Shown: positions 12,724-25,429 of the stretch, one piece after another
Layout of the letters: every line of letters starts with the position of its first letter
Numbering within the stretch: the stretch's first letter is position 1
Source of the DNA: Octopus vulgaris
Lineage: Eukaryota
DNA: 64,000 bases
Assembly (NCBI GenBank): GCA_951406725.2
Contig: OX597823.1
Coordinates: 78,678,001-78,742,000 of the forward strand
Direction of reading: 5' to 3'
Position numbers and translations under genes: made by a program
Notes under the pieces: generated by a model
The model's input: only the letters and a program-made list of their open reading frames with translations
Databases searched by the model: none
Told to the model about the DNA's origin: nothing

Positions 12724-14122
12724 AAACTGAGAAAACCTGTACCCATGTGCGCACACATACATACATACATACATACATACAAACGTACATAGATTTATAC
12801 CGGACATGAATATGTATGTATGTACGTATGTATGTATGTATGTATGTATGTGTGCGTGTATTTATGTATGTATGTATGTATGTATGTATGTATGTATGTA
12901 TGTATGTATGTATGTATGTATGTATGTATGTATGTATGTATGTATGCATGTATGTATGTATGCATGTATGCTTGCTTGGGTGGCATATTTCTTTTCAACA
13001 AATAGCGCATGTCGGCGTAATTGTTCCTCTGAAAAATATGAGAATGTTGGATATTTCTTGCCTCAATACTCTTTAAGTCACTTCAAATAGCATATCGAGG
13101 GATCTTCCGTAGACTTTCTGTAGATCTGGTATATGTCTAGGTTCATTTCAAAAGTTCACTGGAATTTTTATCGATAATACCGAGATCGGCAATCACTAAC
13201 ACAGGGTTCTTTCGTCGCCATTGTGTATTTATAGTAAATTTTCTACGTAGTTTGTATTTCACTGTTTGATTACTGCTCCGGGGATAAAAAAAAAAGAAAA
13301 AGAACGAGAAAAAGAGGTTGCTTCTTTGCATTTACTCAAAGAAATGCTATTTTTCTTACCAGGCTCGTATAAATGGAAAAAAAAATTATGAGGATAGTAT
13401 TCATTATACGGGAGAATGAACAGTCAACTATGCCGTTGTGTTTGTATTCGACGCCATATTTTGGATGGATGGATGGATTTGTGTGCGTGTGTGTGTGTGT
13501 GTGTATCTGTTTACATTAATAGCTAAATTGTTTTTTTGCAGTGGTTTTAAAACACGTCTTGTGTTTATGCTATGTTCCGTAACTCAGTGATCAAACATAC
13601 AGATATTGATAAAATAAATACAAGAAGAAAATAAATGTTGTCAATAGATCTACTAAAGGCCCTCTAGAAGGCGGTGCCCCAGTATGGCCGCAGACTAATT
13701 TGTAGAACCACCGTAATTTCAAAAGAATAAACGAATGTACACGTACGTGACTACATTTACCATTCTCCAAGAGTAGCATCATTAATTAGGTGAATATCAC
13801 AAATAATAACGTTCTCCATATTTCTGTAGATTAAGATGAGTATGTTAGTCGGTTACAGTGATTGCGGTACTTCATTGGTCCTTTATTTTATTGAACCCGA
13901 GGGTGGAGAATGGGAGAAGGGTGAAGTTGACTATAAATTTTGATAATTGATTAATCCGGCATCAAAATGGTATTTTCTGTTATACTCATATCTAGTTGTT
14001 TTGCTAGATTCTTGATCTGAAATCGTGTGTTGAAACAAATATTGTTATATTTGGAGATGGTCATTATGCCAATAAACACATGTCCTATTTATTTGGTCTT
14101 TATTAGTATTATTAGCTTATTT

Positions 14123-14165
14123 GTCAGAGCTCTTTCGTAACATATTCTGCAACCTCTTCAATGAC
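14123..14165 (-). ncRNA. Minimal type-I hammerhead ribozyme motif (partly decayed) in a Penelope-like terminal fragment (13930-14200)
   Basis: GTCA-TTGAAGA-G GTTGCA/TGTTAC-GAAA-GAGC-TC-TGAC; stem I GTCA/TGAC; palindromic AGAGCTCT stem III. Confidence 0.65.
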
Positions 14166-14199
14166 TACCTGTTTTTTTTGTGTCTCCTTTTCCCTCTGG

Positions 14200-15136
14200 T
14201 CTTGTCCTAGCCAGGATTTCTCCTAAATTTAAGGAACATCAACACAATATCGAGTAAATAGTATTACTTCCATCTTACATCTCTGTATTCTGTCCTTGTC
14301 TAAAGGATTCTTTGTGGAGTTTTGTAAATTTTCTCGAATAGATGATATTACCGATCTAATGTACTCAAATGCTGAATTTCTGAATCTAGAATGAGATATC
14401 TTTCTTAGAAATAGCTAGAAAGTCTTATACTTTATTGAATTTGAAAGTTATTTTATTACCAATAAATGCAACATACAGGTTTTGGTTTTGAACAAAGAAC
14501 TCATACTTTATCTGCCCGAATATATTTCACAAGCATCTCTTCATATTAATCGTTGTATAACAATTTACTAGCTCCAGAAATTCGCGAGGTTTGCTTCATT
14601 TCTAAATATCTGCCGCATATCGTTATTATAAATAATTTCTTCCTAATCATAAATTATATTACATAGCAGCTTCTTTTCGTTCAAGTTGGCTAAATCCTCG
14701 GACTCATAAACTGTTTAGCAATATCATTAGTGGATGATATAAACAATACTGGAACACATTTCAGTTCTAGCACTATGCCAAATTGCTTAAACGATATCCT
14801 TAAAACCTTGTCTACCTCAAATAGACAGTTTAGCAGACCCTTAGTTCTAAAGAAATTGTGACTGACTAAATCTGAGCATATATTGCCTTTATCGGAAGTG
14901 AATCTTGCATACATTTTGTCGGTAGTGTTTGTAGGTATTTCGATTGCTCTCTGTATCACAGGCTTCGAGAAATACGATTCTTTAAAGGCATCAATGGTAC
15001 TTCTAAGGTTGTCTTCAATAAGAATTTTTATTTCAATTACTTCCAATTGAAATCAGAGTCATTATCAACGGATTCTTGTAGTTTCATCTTACGCTTGTGT
15101 TGTTGGAGAGATGTTCCAACGTAGCCTCAGCTATGA
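14200..15136 (-). pseudogene. Decayed nAChR-like receptor copy
   Basis: FSKPVI (cf. IWKPDI), FTSDKGNIC, FFRTKGLLNCLFEVDKVLRISFK, VYESEDLANLNEKKLLCN..EEIIYN..MR (cf. A.RNEKKY.CC..PDITY..IRR); splice acceptor TTTTTGTAG at ~15137. Confidence 0.6.
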
Positions 15137-15514
15137 TACCTACAAAAATCTAAAGAACTGTGAACTCCTTTAGTTTTTGTATTATAAATGTCTTATGATT
15201 AATATTTCAGACATTACACTTCATCTGACAACTGAAAAATATCATTGCTAAAGATAAATAAATAGATACATTTTTAAAATAATGAATAAATAGAATAATA
15301 TAAAATGCATGAAAATAAAAGATAAACGCTAAACGTGACATCAATTTACATATAGATGAACTACAGTTAATTTCAACTATAATTGAGAAGTTGGTAGACT
15401 GTATAAGTAAATTTTCCTATCTAGCTGCACAAGAGAAAGATTTTCAAAGAGGTTGCCCCTATAACAACCACACATTAACAAGAAGTGGTTTTAATGAAAA
15501 ACTAATATACATGT

Positions 15515-15895
15515 GGAGGCGCAATGGCCTAGTGGTTAGGGCAGCGGACTTGCGGTCGTAGGATCGCGGTTTCAATTCCCAGACCGGGCGTTGTGAGTGT
15601 TTATTGAGCAAAAACACCTAGAGTTTCACGAGGCTCCGGCAGGGTGTGGTCGCGAACCATGCTGTACTCTTTCACCACAGATTTCTCTCACTCTTTCTTC
15701 CTGTTTCTGTTGTACCTGTATTTCAAAGGGCCAGCCTTGTCACACTCTGTGTCACGCTGAATCTCTCTGAGGACTACGTTAAGTTTACACGTGTCTGTGG
15801 AGTGCTCAGCCACTTGCACGTTAATTTCACGAGCAGGCTGTTCCGTTGATTGGATCAACTGGAACCCTCGTCGTCGTAACCGACGGAGTGCCACG
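15515..15895 (+). mobile_element. tRNA-derived SINE family B (tail type 1)
   Basis: Head GGAGGCGCAATGGCCTAGTGGTTAGGGCAGCGGAC; flanking direct repeat AATATACA at 15504-15511 and 15896-15903. Confidence 0.9.
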
Positions 15896-16189
15896 AATAT
15901 ACAAGGAATAACTTCAATACTACAGCGGAACCCTCCGCAAAAAAGGAATAAAATTTAGTCTAGTCCATCATTCAACATGAAGACAGCTACAAATATAATC
16001 AGTGATTCTTTTTCCAATAGTATGATCTGATTTTCCAGCTACTCATAAATAAAAAACTTTTTAACACTAGTAACATTAAAGTGATCTATTCTTGTCTTGA
16101 TAATATAACTTTCCACATCAACAATACAATAGTGTAATACATGGAAAAAGAAATCCTCATTAGCTTCCTGATGCACTTGCTTTTCCTGG

Positions 16190-16330
16190 CCTCTTGTGCC
16201 ATCGAAAAATATTCGCTCGACTCACAAAATTCTATACATAAGCAGTTAGGGCCATTTCATAAGCTTCTGTAGCATTTTGCTCAGTTTAACACAACTTCAT
16301 TGCATAATAAGCTCTCAAATTTTCTTCACT
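16190..16330 (-). mobile_element. Mariner transposase N-terminal relic
   Basis: NATEAYEMALTAY..FVSRANIFRWHK. Confidence 0.6.
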
Positions 16331-16399
16331 TCCCGACTACATTCTGTAAACGAGTCAGCTGTGACAATCAGTGTTTAGCAGAATGTGTTCGAAGTGTGG

Positions 16400-16699
16400 T
16401 TACAGTAATCTCCTTTAATCTGGAATAACAAAGGTTTGCACGTCCGCTAATTAGGTGTATAGTAATGATAAACTATAATTACAATAATCTAGGACAGTTG
16501 TAACTGCCTCTCTAAAAAAAATCTCAAAACTTCTGGAATGCATCTTGTATGTTTATACGTATGTCTATATGTATATTTATTTACATGTGTATTAGACGAT
16601 TTAGTGCCAATGATGTAACTAGACACAAATTACGAAACAGCTGTCTACTCTTCATACGGAGTAAACATCTCTTCTCACACTTCTCTTATTTGGTTAATT

Positions 16700-16730
<31 letters not shown>

Positions 16731-17110
16731 CATATACCATATACTTCCACTTGGTTTTCGGCTATCAAATTTACTCATAAAGCATTGCTCGGTTGGGGCT
16801 ATAGCGGAAATACACTCATCCACGACGCCATGCATTGAGATTCAACCCGAAGCACGCAGTTGGAAAGCAAGCTACTTAACCACTCAGTCATGTCTGATTA
16901 TATTTCTCAAATATTATGTTCCAATCATGAAAATTATATGAGCATGTTACACTGATTGAGGTAAGATGAAGAAATTGCTCAACGTGCAAATTACACTTCG
17001 GAACATCAATCTTCTTAATGTTAACGTCTGCAACAAAGACTTTAAGCTTCTTTGATAGAATGTCGCCGTCTGAATATCTTTGAATAAATATCTCATTTAT
17101 CCAAAGCTAT
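16400..17110 (-). pseudogene. Decayed nAChR-like receptor copy
   Basis: QRYSDGDIL..KIDVPKCNLHV (cf. YSDG.V..FPFDVQKCNL), FHDWNII (cf. NGEWDII), LRMKSRQLFRNLCLV (pre-M1), ERQLQLS*IIVIIVY (M2-like). Confidence 0.6.
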
Positions 17111-17199
17111 ATATATATTATTATTTTCTCTCTCTTAGATTATCCTATAATCACTAGTTACTTCACTCTCTCTTTCTCTCCCTCTTCCCCACCATCTCT

Positions 17200-17830
17200 C
17201 TCTCTTTATCATGAAAATAGAAATCTAAGCATTCTTCTCTTGGACAAGTTTCGTTTTCAGTAACCGGAGCAACCAAAACTCGTTCTCTAGTTTTTATTCC
17301 GTTTAGATCGATGAAGTTAATACAGAACCAGAGACGTTTAATTATCTTGGATATATTTCACCAGTTTCTATTCTCACCATTTTAATACACCATAACTATT
17401 TAGAGACCCCTGCTTGTTTTTTGTTTTTTTGCTTTGCATTTCTTAATTCAGCCTCTAATCAGTCGTTACGGATCATTTCCTCAGCGTTCGACATAATCAC
17501 AACGAACAGCTTCTTTCGTTTTTAAGTTGGCTAAATGCTTTAACTCATACACCATATATCGATAGATAAGTGTGTGATGTTGGTATTACTTCAACATTTT
17601 TTCCCTTTAAATTTAACGATATAACAAATCCTGTTATCCTATAATCCATATGGTGTAGAAATGTTTATTCCTGTTTCGGCAAAGAAAGCATTATCTACAA
17701 ACTCAGAAAGAATATTCATGCATTATCTGTAACTACGAAGTGTTAACAGATCGCCATCGTCTACAAACCCTTCGACTTGTCATTACTATCCTAAGTTTAC
17801 AATTCATGGTTTAGTCAGAGCCGGAAGGTA
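17200..17830 (-). pseudogene. Decayed nAChR-like receptor copy, paralogous to 14200-15136
   Basis: NILSEFVDNAFFAETG vs NICSDLVSHNFFRTKG; VYELKHLANL vs VYESEDLANL; DNA match cagcttcttt..aagttggctaaat at 17508 and 14668. Confidence 0.55.
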
Positions 17831-18519
17831 GCAGCTTTGAATTTTCTGATGGGAATATAATAGTCTTTCTAATTTTGGCACAAGGCCAGCAATTTAGGGG
17901 AATCGGGTAAGTCATTTACATTGACCCCAGTGTCTCAAATGGTTCTTATTTTATCGACCCCGAAATGATTAAACGCAAAGTCGACCTCGGTGGAATTTGA
18001 AACCAGGACTTAAAGACGGGCGATATGCCGCCAAGCATTTTATCCGGCGCGTTATTGATTCAGCCATCCCGTAGCATTTGTTGAGAACATTATATATTGG
18101 TTTCAAATTTTTGGCACAGAGCCATCAATTTCGGTGGGAGGGAATAAGACGATTACGTCGACTCTGTGCTTAATTGATATTTATTTTATCAACCCTGAAG
18201 AATGAAAAGCAAAATCGACCTCGTCGGAATTTGAACTCAGAGCATAAAGACTTACAAAATACCGCTGAGTATTTTGCTAACGATTCTTCCACGTCGCCAC
18301 TTTTGTTTGGAACAATATATATTAAGATATCAAGCTAGCCCAGGATAAGTCCAAGTATTTACAACAGAGTAGGCACCGCCAAAGATACCCGAATGTCGTG
18401 TATTGGTATTAAATGGAGTGATGTAATTAGCTTTGCTTGGTAATTAATTTTCCTTGTAGGGTAGCTAGGAGAGAGAGAGAGAGAGAGCGAGGGGGTGGTC
18501 CGTCTGGGCGACGCTTTTT

Positions 18520-18957
18520 ATAATTGATTAACCCATCATCAAAATGGTATCTTCTATAATACTTATCTATTTGTTTTGCTAGATTTTTTGATGTGAAATC
18601 GTGTTTTGAAACAAGTATTGTTATTTTTGGAGATGGTCATTATGCCAATAAACAACGTCGTATTTATTTAGCCTGGTCTTTATTAATATTATTTGTTTCT
18701 TTATTACCCACAAGGGGCTAAACGTAGAGGGGACAAACAAGGACAGACAAAGAGATTAAGTCGATTACATCGACCCCAGTGCGTAACTGGTACTTGATTT
18801 ATCGACCCCGAAAGGATGAAAGGCAAAGTCAACCTCGGCGGAATTTGAACTCAGAAAGTAACGGCAGACGAAAAAAAGGCTACGCATTTCGCCCGGCGTG
18901 CTAACGTTTCTGCCAGCTCGCCGCCTTTTTTTATTAGTATTATTAGCTTACTTGTCA
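18520..18957 (-). mobile_element. Penelope-like terminal fragment (same family as 13930-14200) with nested SINE C (18697-18927)
   Basis: Near-identical to 13940-14126; SINE flanked by TTTATTA(A/G)TATTATT duplication. Confidence 0.7.
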
Positions 18958-19025
18958 ACCCGTGCCGACCCGTGGAGTGGGGCTGTAAACTCAAGTGCTA
19001 CCCAGGGCAGCCTTCACTAGCTACA

Positions 19026-19311
19026 CCAGAGGGCCTCAACTGGTGGTGGGGTGGGTGAGGTGGGGTGCTGTAGGGCTTATGATCTCTGAGTGTCCAAAGA
19101 AGATTTTGTTGTTAAAATTATCTGCAATAAATTGGTTAAATTTCAGCAATACATAATATATTCTGACAGCTTTAGCTTTTAATTACAATTCCTAATAATG
19201 TTTGATTATAAAAATATAAGATTTTTTAAAACATCGAATGGTTATGAGAGTCCATCAGACTAGAATAAGAATCATAGGGGCCCAAAGATAAAAACTGATT
19301 GAGAAACCCTG
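19026..19311. mobile_element. hAT-type MITE
   Basis: Ends CAGAGGGCCTCAAC / TTGAGAAACCCTG, imperfect 8-bp TSD AGCTACAC/ATCTACGC; related copy starts at 19384. Confidence 0.55.
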
Positions 19312-19600
19312 ATCTACGCCATTGTATCCCCACGCCCTCTCACTACTTTCCACAACAATACCAGACATCAAAGATATTAGATCAATGGTTATCAACAGGG
19401 GGGTTCTTATGGCTCTTAGGAGCCCATATGGCCCTTGGGGATCCATATAAGATTTTGTTGTTAAAATTCAAGTGCAATAGATTGGTTATAGTTCCACAAT
19501 GTACAAACTATTTCAACAATTTTTTATACAATTTCAAATTTTTGTTTACATTGAATGCCTAATGGGCTCAATTGGTAAAAAGAAAAAAAAAATAGTTGAA

Positions 19601-20540
<940 letters not shown>

Positions 20541-20924
20541 ACAAAACAAAAATCAAAAAAATAAAAAACCCACTAAGCTCCACCATTGCGTGTCCCCATT
20601 CTCACTCACCACTTTTTCCACAACAATGCCAGACATCAGCGATATTCTCCTAATTAGATCAACGACAGACGTATTTACATCGTTTGTACAAACACTTCGG
20701 TTACCGCCACCCATCACCTCATCTGTCATTAATTCTCTTTGCTCGCCCTCCTGGTCCTGACACAGACAACTTCCCGATTGTGAAATTACAACAGGCTTCC
20801 TTCTATTTTCGAACATTGTTACTTAATTTAACTGAATGAAGGATGGCTTCTTTTACGCTAGTCTGTCACGTTAGATGAATCCCTGTAGCTTGCTAATTAT
20901 TGATGTTGAAATAATGCTTGCTGA

Positions 20925-21500
20925 TCACGACGACGACGACGACGACGAGGATGATGATGATGATGATGATGATGACGATGATAAGGATGACGATGACGAC
21001 GATGGCATTGCTGCTGTTGCTGTTGTTGTTAATGATGATGATGATGACGTCTACGACGACTACTATGATGATGATTGATTGTAGTGATGATGATGATTGA
21101 TTGTAGTAATGATGATGATGATGACGTCAATGACGATGAAGGTACTGGTGGTGGAGGGGATGATGATGAAGATGATGATGATGATGATGACGACGACGAC
21201 GATGGTACTTGTAGTGGAGGGGATAAGGTGATGATGATGATAACAACGACGACGAGGAAGAAGAAGAGAAGGAGGAGGGGAAGGAGGAGGAGAAGTAGGA
21301 GGAGGATGTGAAAGAAAGCGGTTGAGTTAAGGAAAGAGAGGGAGAAAACAAAGTAAAAGCAGAAGAAGAAGAAGAAGAAGAAGAAGAAGAAGGAGAAGAA
21401 GAAGAAGAAGAAGGAGAAGAAGAAGATGGTGATGATAAGCACATGAAAAAGAAGAAAGAGAAGAGTGAGGAGGAAGAAGGAAAGAACACTGGAAGAAGAA
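20925..21500. repeat. (GAT/GAC/GAA)n trinucleotide low-complexity tract
   Basis: Direct inspection. Confidence 0.9.
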
Positions 21501-21539
21501 TATGTAGGAGGCAGAAAGAAAATAAACATCATAATTATT

Positions 21540-22080
21540 AAGATCCGGTTATCGGCCGAGTCCATCGTAAGGATCAACCCGCCACCTGCTTTTGGACGGG
21601 AAGGGCAGTCAGTTTTTCTCTGTCTGGTAGCTTATGGCGAAAGAGGTTGCGTGGTGGACGAGGCTGAAAAGACTGAAGACATATATCTTTCGTTTTCGGC
21701 CAAAGCTTCATCGATTTCTTCAAGTTCCACTTGAAAAAAGGAAAGTGAAAGTAGATAGGGAAGTACTTCCACTCATTATTTATTGTCGGATGAATGTGGC
21801 AAGGAAAGCTCGTCTGAATGGGCCCACTCTGAACATACGCCTGTCTGCCGGAAGGTATGACGAGGAGAGAAGTGCATGCCTGGTGCGCCCTTAGCGGTCG
21901 GGGTCACCAGGATATGTGGGGCTCCTTGGTTACTTTCAGGGATTTTTTATTGCTTAAATATTGCTTGTAATTGTTATTGCTTTATTGTTTACACGTATTT
22001 TGGTGTTAAACCCCACTTGTTCCTTGTTTCTGTATTGTCCTTTCGTTTTGTGTTTGGCCCTTGAGGCCCATAAAGTAAAG
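21540..22080 (+). mobile_element. Tx1/L1-like LINE 3' end
   Basis: RLSAESIV..PPP..REGQ.VFLCL...KEV.WWTRLK..FHLKRKVKVDREVL; homologous to 25430-26390; clade assignment is inference. Confidence 0.65.
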
Positions 22081-22282
22081 GAAAGAATTTAAGGACCATA
22101 GTCGTAGTACGTTTTTTTGATTGATTGGTGGTGTTTGTGGGCTTGGTAAAGAAGATGATATGAGGAAAGAATGTAAAAATTAACCGGATATACAAGCTAT
22201 CGTATGCATCAGAAGATGTCTTATGGTGTGTTGTGAATACACACACATACATGCATGTGTGTGTGTGTGTATATATATATAC

Positions 22283-22324
<42 letters not shown>

Positions 22325-22358
22325 AAATACACACATATATGTATATATGTATATACAA

Positions 22359-22397
<39 letters not shown>

Positions 22398-22696
22398 CAT
22401 ACATACATAAACACACATATGCATATATGATATATCTATCCATATATACATACACATACATACATGCATGCACATATACATGCATTCATACGTACGTACA
22501 TACATATCTACTTACATACTCACACGTAAACAACTCTTTATCCGACCGCTGTGATTTACAACTCGTACAAGAATATGTCTGTTACTTGTCATTAGGAGCT
22601 GGATAATTACTATTCTACGTCACACAGATGCACCACTTCCACTACCACCACAAGTGTAATGTAGATTCTTTGAATGAATAAATAAATAAATATATA

Positions 22697-23093
22697 CGCT
22701 TTTACTTGTTTCAGTCATTTGACTGTGGCCATGCTGGGGCACCGCCTTTAAGTCGAGCAAATCGAGCCCAGGACTTATTATACTTTGTAAACCTAGTACT
22801 TATTCTATCGGTCTCTTTTGCCGAACCGCTAAGTTATGGGGACGTAAACACACCAGCATCGGTTGTCAAGCGATGTTGGGGGGACAAAGACAGACACACG
22901 CACACATATATATACATATACATATATACGACGGGCTTCTTACAGTTTCCGTCTACCAAATCCACTCACAAGGCTTTGGTCGGCCCGAGGCTATAGTAGA
23001 AGTCACTCTGCCCAAAGTGTCACGCAGTGGGACTGAACCTGGAACCATGTGGTTAGTAAGCAAGCTACTTACCACACAGCCACTCCTGCACCT
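22697..23093 (-). mobile_element. SINE family A
   Basis: Match to other copies. Confidence 0.9.
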
Positions 23094-23168
23094 ATATAAA
23101 TAAATAAATAATAATCCTTTCTACTAAAGGCCTGAAATTTTGGAGGAGGACACTAGGCGATGATACCG

Positions 23169-23211
23169 ACAACTTTTCGGTTGAAATACCCTCCAGCATT
23201 CATCAGGTGTC
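23169..23211 (-). ncRNA. Minimal type-I hammerhead motif (truncated 3' stem I strand)
   Basis: GACAC-CTGATGA-A-TGCTG..CAACC-GAAA-AG-TT-GT. Confidence 0.6.
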
Positions 23212-23278
23212 TTGGGGAAATTTCGAACTTAGGTCCTCATTCCTAAGGTATTTTTCAATGTTGTTGTTGTTGTTGTTG

Positions 23279-23349
<71 letters not shown>

Positions 23350-23393
23350 TGTTTAGGTCGCGCCATATGACCTAGACTAAACTCGGCATGTGA

Positions 23394-23445
<52 letters not shown>

Positions 23446-23535
23446 CATAATACGTAATAATAATAATAATAATATAATGGTTAAAAGCGCGGGCTACTAA
23501 CCCCAAGATTCCGAGTAATTGATTCCAGACTGTGA

Positions 23536-23598
<63 letters not shown>

Positions 23599-23714
23599 CA
23601 ACAACATCGAAAAATACCTTAGGAATGATAATAATAATAATAATGATGATGATGATGATAATAATTAATTGAAAATATCTTAAGAATGAGAACTCAGGTT
23701 TGAAATTTCCCCAA

Positions 23715-23760
23715 GACACCTGAAGAAGGCTGGAGAGTATATCAGCCGAAATGTTGTGTT
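23715..23760 (+). ncRNA. Minimal type-I hammerhead ribozyme
   Basis: Stem I GACAC/GTGTT, core CTGAAGA, stem II GGCTG/CAGCC, GAAA, TG, TT cleavage site. Confidence 0.8.
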
Positions 23761-23979
23761 AACAACAAACAAGATGAGGACGTAAATAATTTACATATTT
23801 CCTTATCTCTTAAATATAGAACTGTATTCATCAGGGCTTCCTCGAATTCTTCTTTTGAGATTATAAGGAAATCTGTTCCGTCGTCTGGAAAACAGGGGTT
23901 TGTTACTTTCCTCCTAGCCCTTCACTAAGTAATTCTTCGGTGAGACATACTTTATCTTTTTTCTTTTAGCTTTTATCGT

Positions 23980-24168
23980 TTACTCGTTTCAGTTATTAGG
24001 CTGCGACCATTCTGGGGCACCGCCTTGAAGAATTTTAGTCAAACGAATCAACCCCAGTCCTTTTTTTTTTTGTAAAGCCTGGTACTTATTCTATCGGTCT
24101 CTTTTGCACAACCGCTAGGTTACGGAGACGTAGACACACCAGCATTGGTTGTCAAGCGGTGGTGGGGA

Positions 24169-24201
<33 letters not shown>

Positions 24202-24590
24202 TACACACGAGGGATTTCTTTCAGTTTTTTATTTCTTCACTCCCCACAAGGGGCTACACGCGGAGGGGGCAAACAAGGAGAGACGAACGGATTAAGTCGA
24301 GTACTTATTTAATCGACCCCGAAAGGATAAAAGCAAAGTCGATCTCGGCGGAATTTGAACTCAGAACGTAGCGTCAGACGAAACACCGCTAAGCATTTCG
24401 CTCGGCGTGCTAACGTTTCTGCCAGCTCACCGCCTTATTTCTTTCAGTTTCTTTCTACTAAATCCTTTCACAAGGCTTCGGTCGTCCTGAGGCTATAGCA
24501 GAAGATACATGCCCAAGATGCCACGCCGTGGGACTGAACCCGGAACCATGTAGTTAAGAAGTAAGATTCTTACCACAAAGTCACACCTAT
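23980..24590 (-). mobile_element. SINE A with nested SINE C
   Basis: SINE C at ~24235-24436 inside the SINE A body. Confidence 0.8.
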
Positions 24591-24699
24591 GCGCTTGCAG
24601 GTCCATACATTTTCTCTAGCTTGTATCGAACGATTCTTCATTATAAATAAAATCTGCCAAAAATAAATCGCTTTGTTACTGATGCTATCGCTAGTGTTT

Positions 24700-25140
24700 G
24701 CATTGTTTATTATAATTATAGGTTTTTATATTTCAGTTATTTTATTCAACACTGTTTATCTTTCATATGTGTGTTTTCCATTGAGCATCTGTCAACTCTC
24801 TTTAATTTATACATTGGTTTTTCTTAAATGAATTTTCGAGCTTGAAAATAAATGGGTCAGCGCTACCTTTCTGATCGTGTCTTCTCGCTACTTCTTCGGC
24901 GTCCACCTTGCACTGCAAACAACGATCAAAATAGCTATTTTCACACAAAAATATGTCGTCTGTTAAAAAAAAAAAAAAGACTGTTAAAATGTCTGAGGAA
25001 GAAGCTTTCTTTCACCCAGTTACCTTGGATGGAATCATAATCTAGCAGATGCCATTTTCCTAGTAAAATTGGGAGAAAACTATATTTACTCAAAAGGTAA
25101 TCCGGTTCGAAATAAATTTTTCGTGGGAACACTGATACAG
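24700..25140 (-). pseudogene. Decayed nAChR-like receptor fragment
   Basis: LLGKWHLLDYDS (cf. NGEWELL) and SLFFFFNRRHIFV (cf. Y.F.IRR.PLFY) in one frame (ORF 24941-25132). Confidence 0.55.
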
Positions 25141-25429
25141 ATATCGATTCGAGTGAACAGTCAGTAACACTAATAATAATGTCTTGTATTGATATAAGAG
25201 AAAAAATGAGTAGGAGAGATTAGTGGATTATATCGACCGAAGTACTTGACTGGTACTTAATCTACCTTGAAAGATTAAAGGCTTAAAGGATTAAAGTTGA
25301 CTTTGATTGGATCTGAAGTCAGAAGGCAAAATGTCTGTACGAACACCACAAGGTATTTTGTCAGATGCTCTAATGAACTTTCAGTGATAATGATGATGAT
25401 GATGATGATGATAATCGTTTCTTTATTGG

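Larger units (their letters stand above)
11250..13280 (-). pseudogene. Decayed nAChR-like receptor copy broken by microsatellites and a SINE
   Basis: 13280-12970: NPVLVIADLGIIDKN and SLRKIPRYAI*SDL (cf. LRIP...IW.PDI); 11530-11280: RLIVKNIPMVII...EKILMKMAVT (M1 and GEKI-like M2 entry); polypyrimidine acceptor just upstream. Confidence 0.5.
23169..23826. mobile_element. Second copy of the tRNA-headed hammerhead element, fold-back with a hammerhead in each arm
   Basis: Left arm (minus) 23169-23357, decayed tRNA-like head(s) 23360-23540, right arm ending AAATATAGAACTGTA. Confidence 0.8.

Noticed and set aside
12970-13280. Death-domain-like exon
   Set aside because: NPVLV..LGIIDKN and LRKIP..AI*SDL match the nAChR N-terminal region, and M1-M2-like sequence follows at 11.3-11.5 kb
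14560-17800. TIR-domain reading of the decayed ORFs (KGLLNCLFEVD, IPEVLRFFL, also TCQFEI at 47.5 kb)
   Set aside because: The same segments fit Cys-loop receptor landmarks better, in the correct order and spacing, and align with the other minus-strand copies
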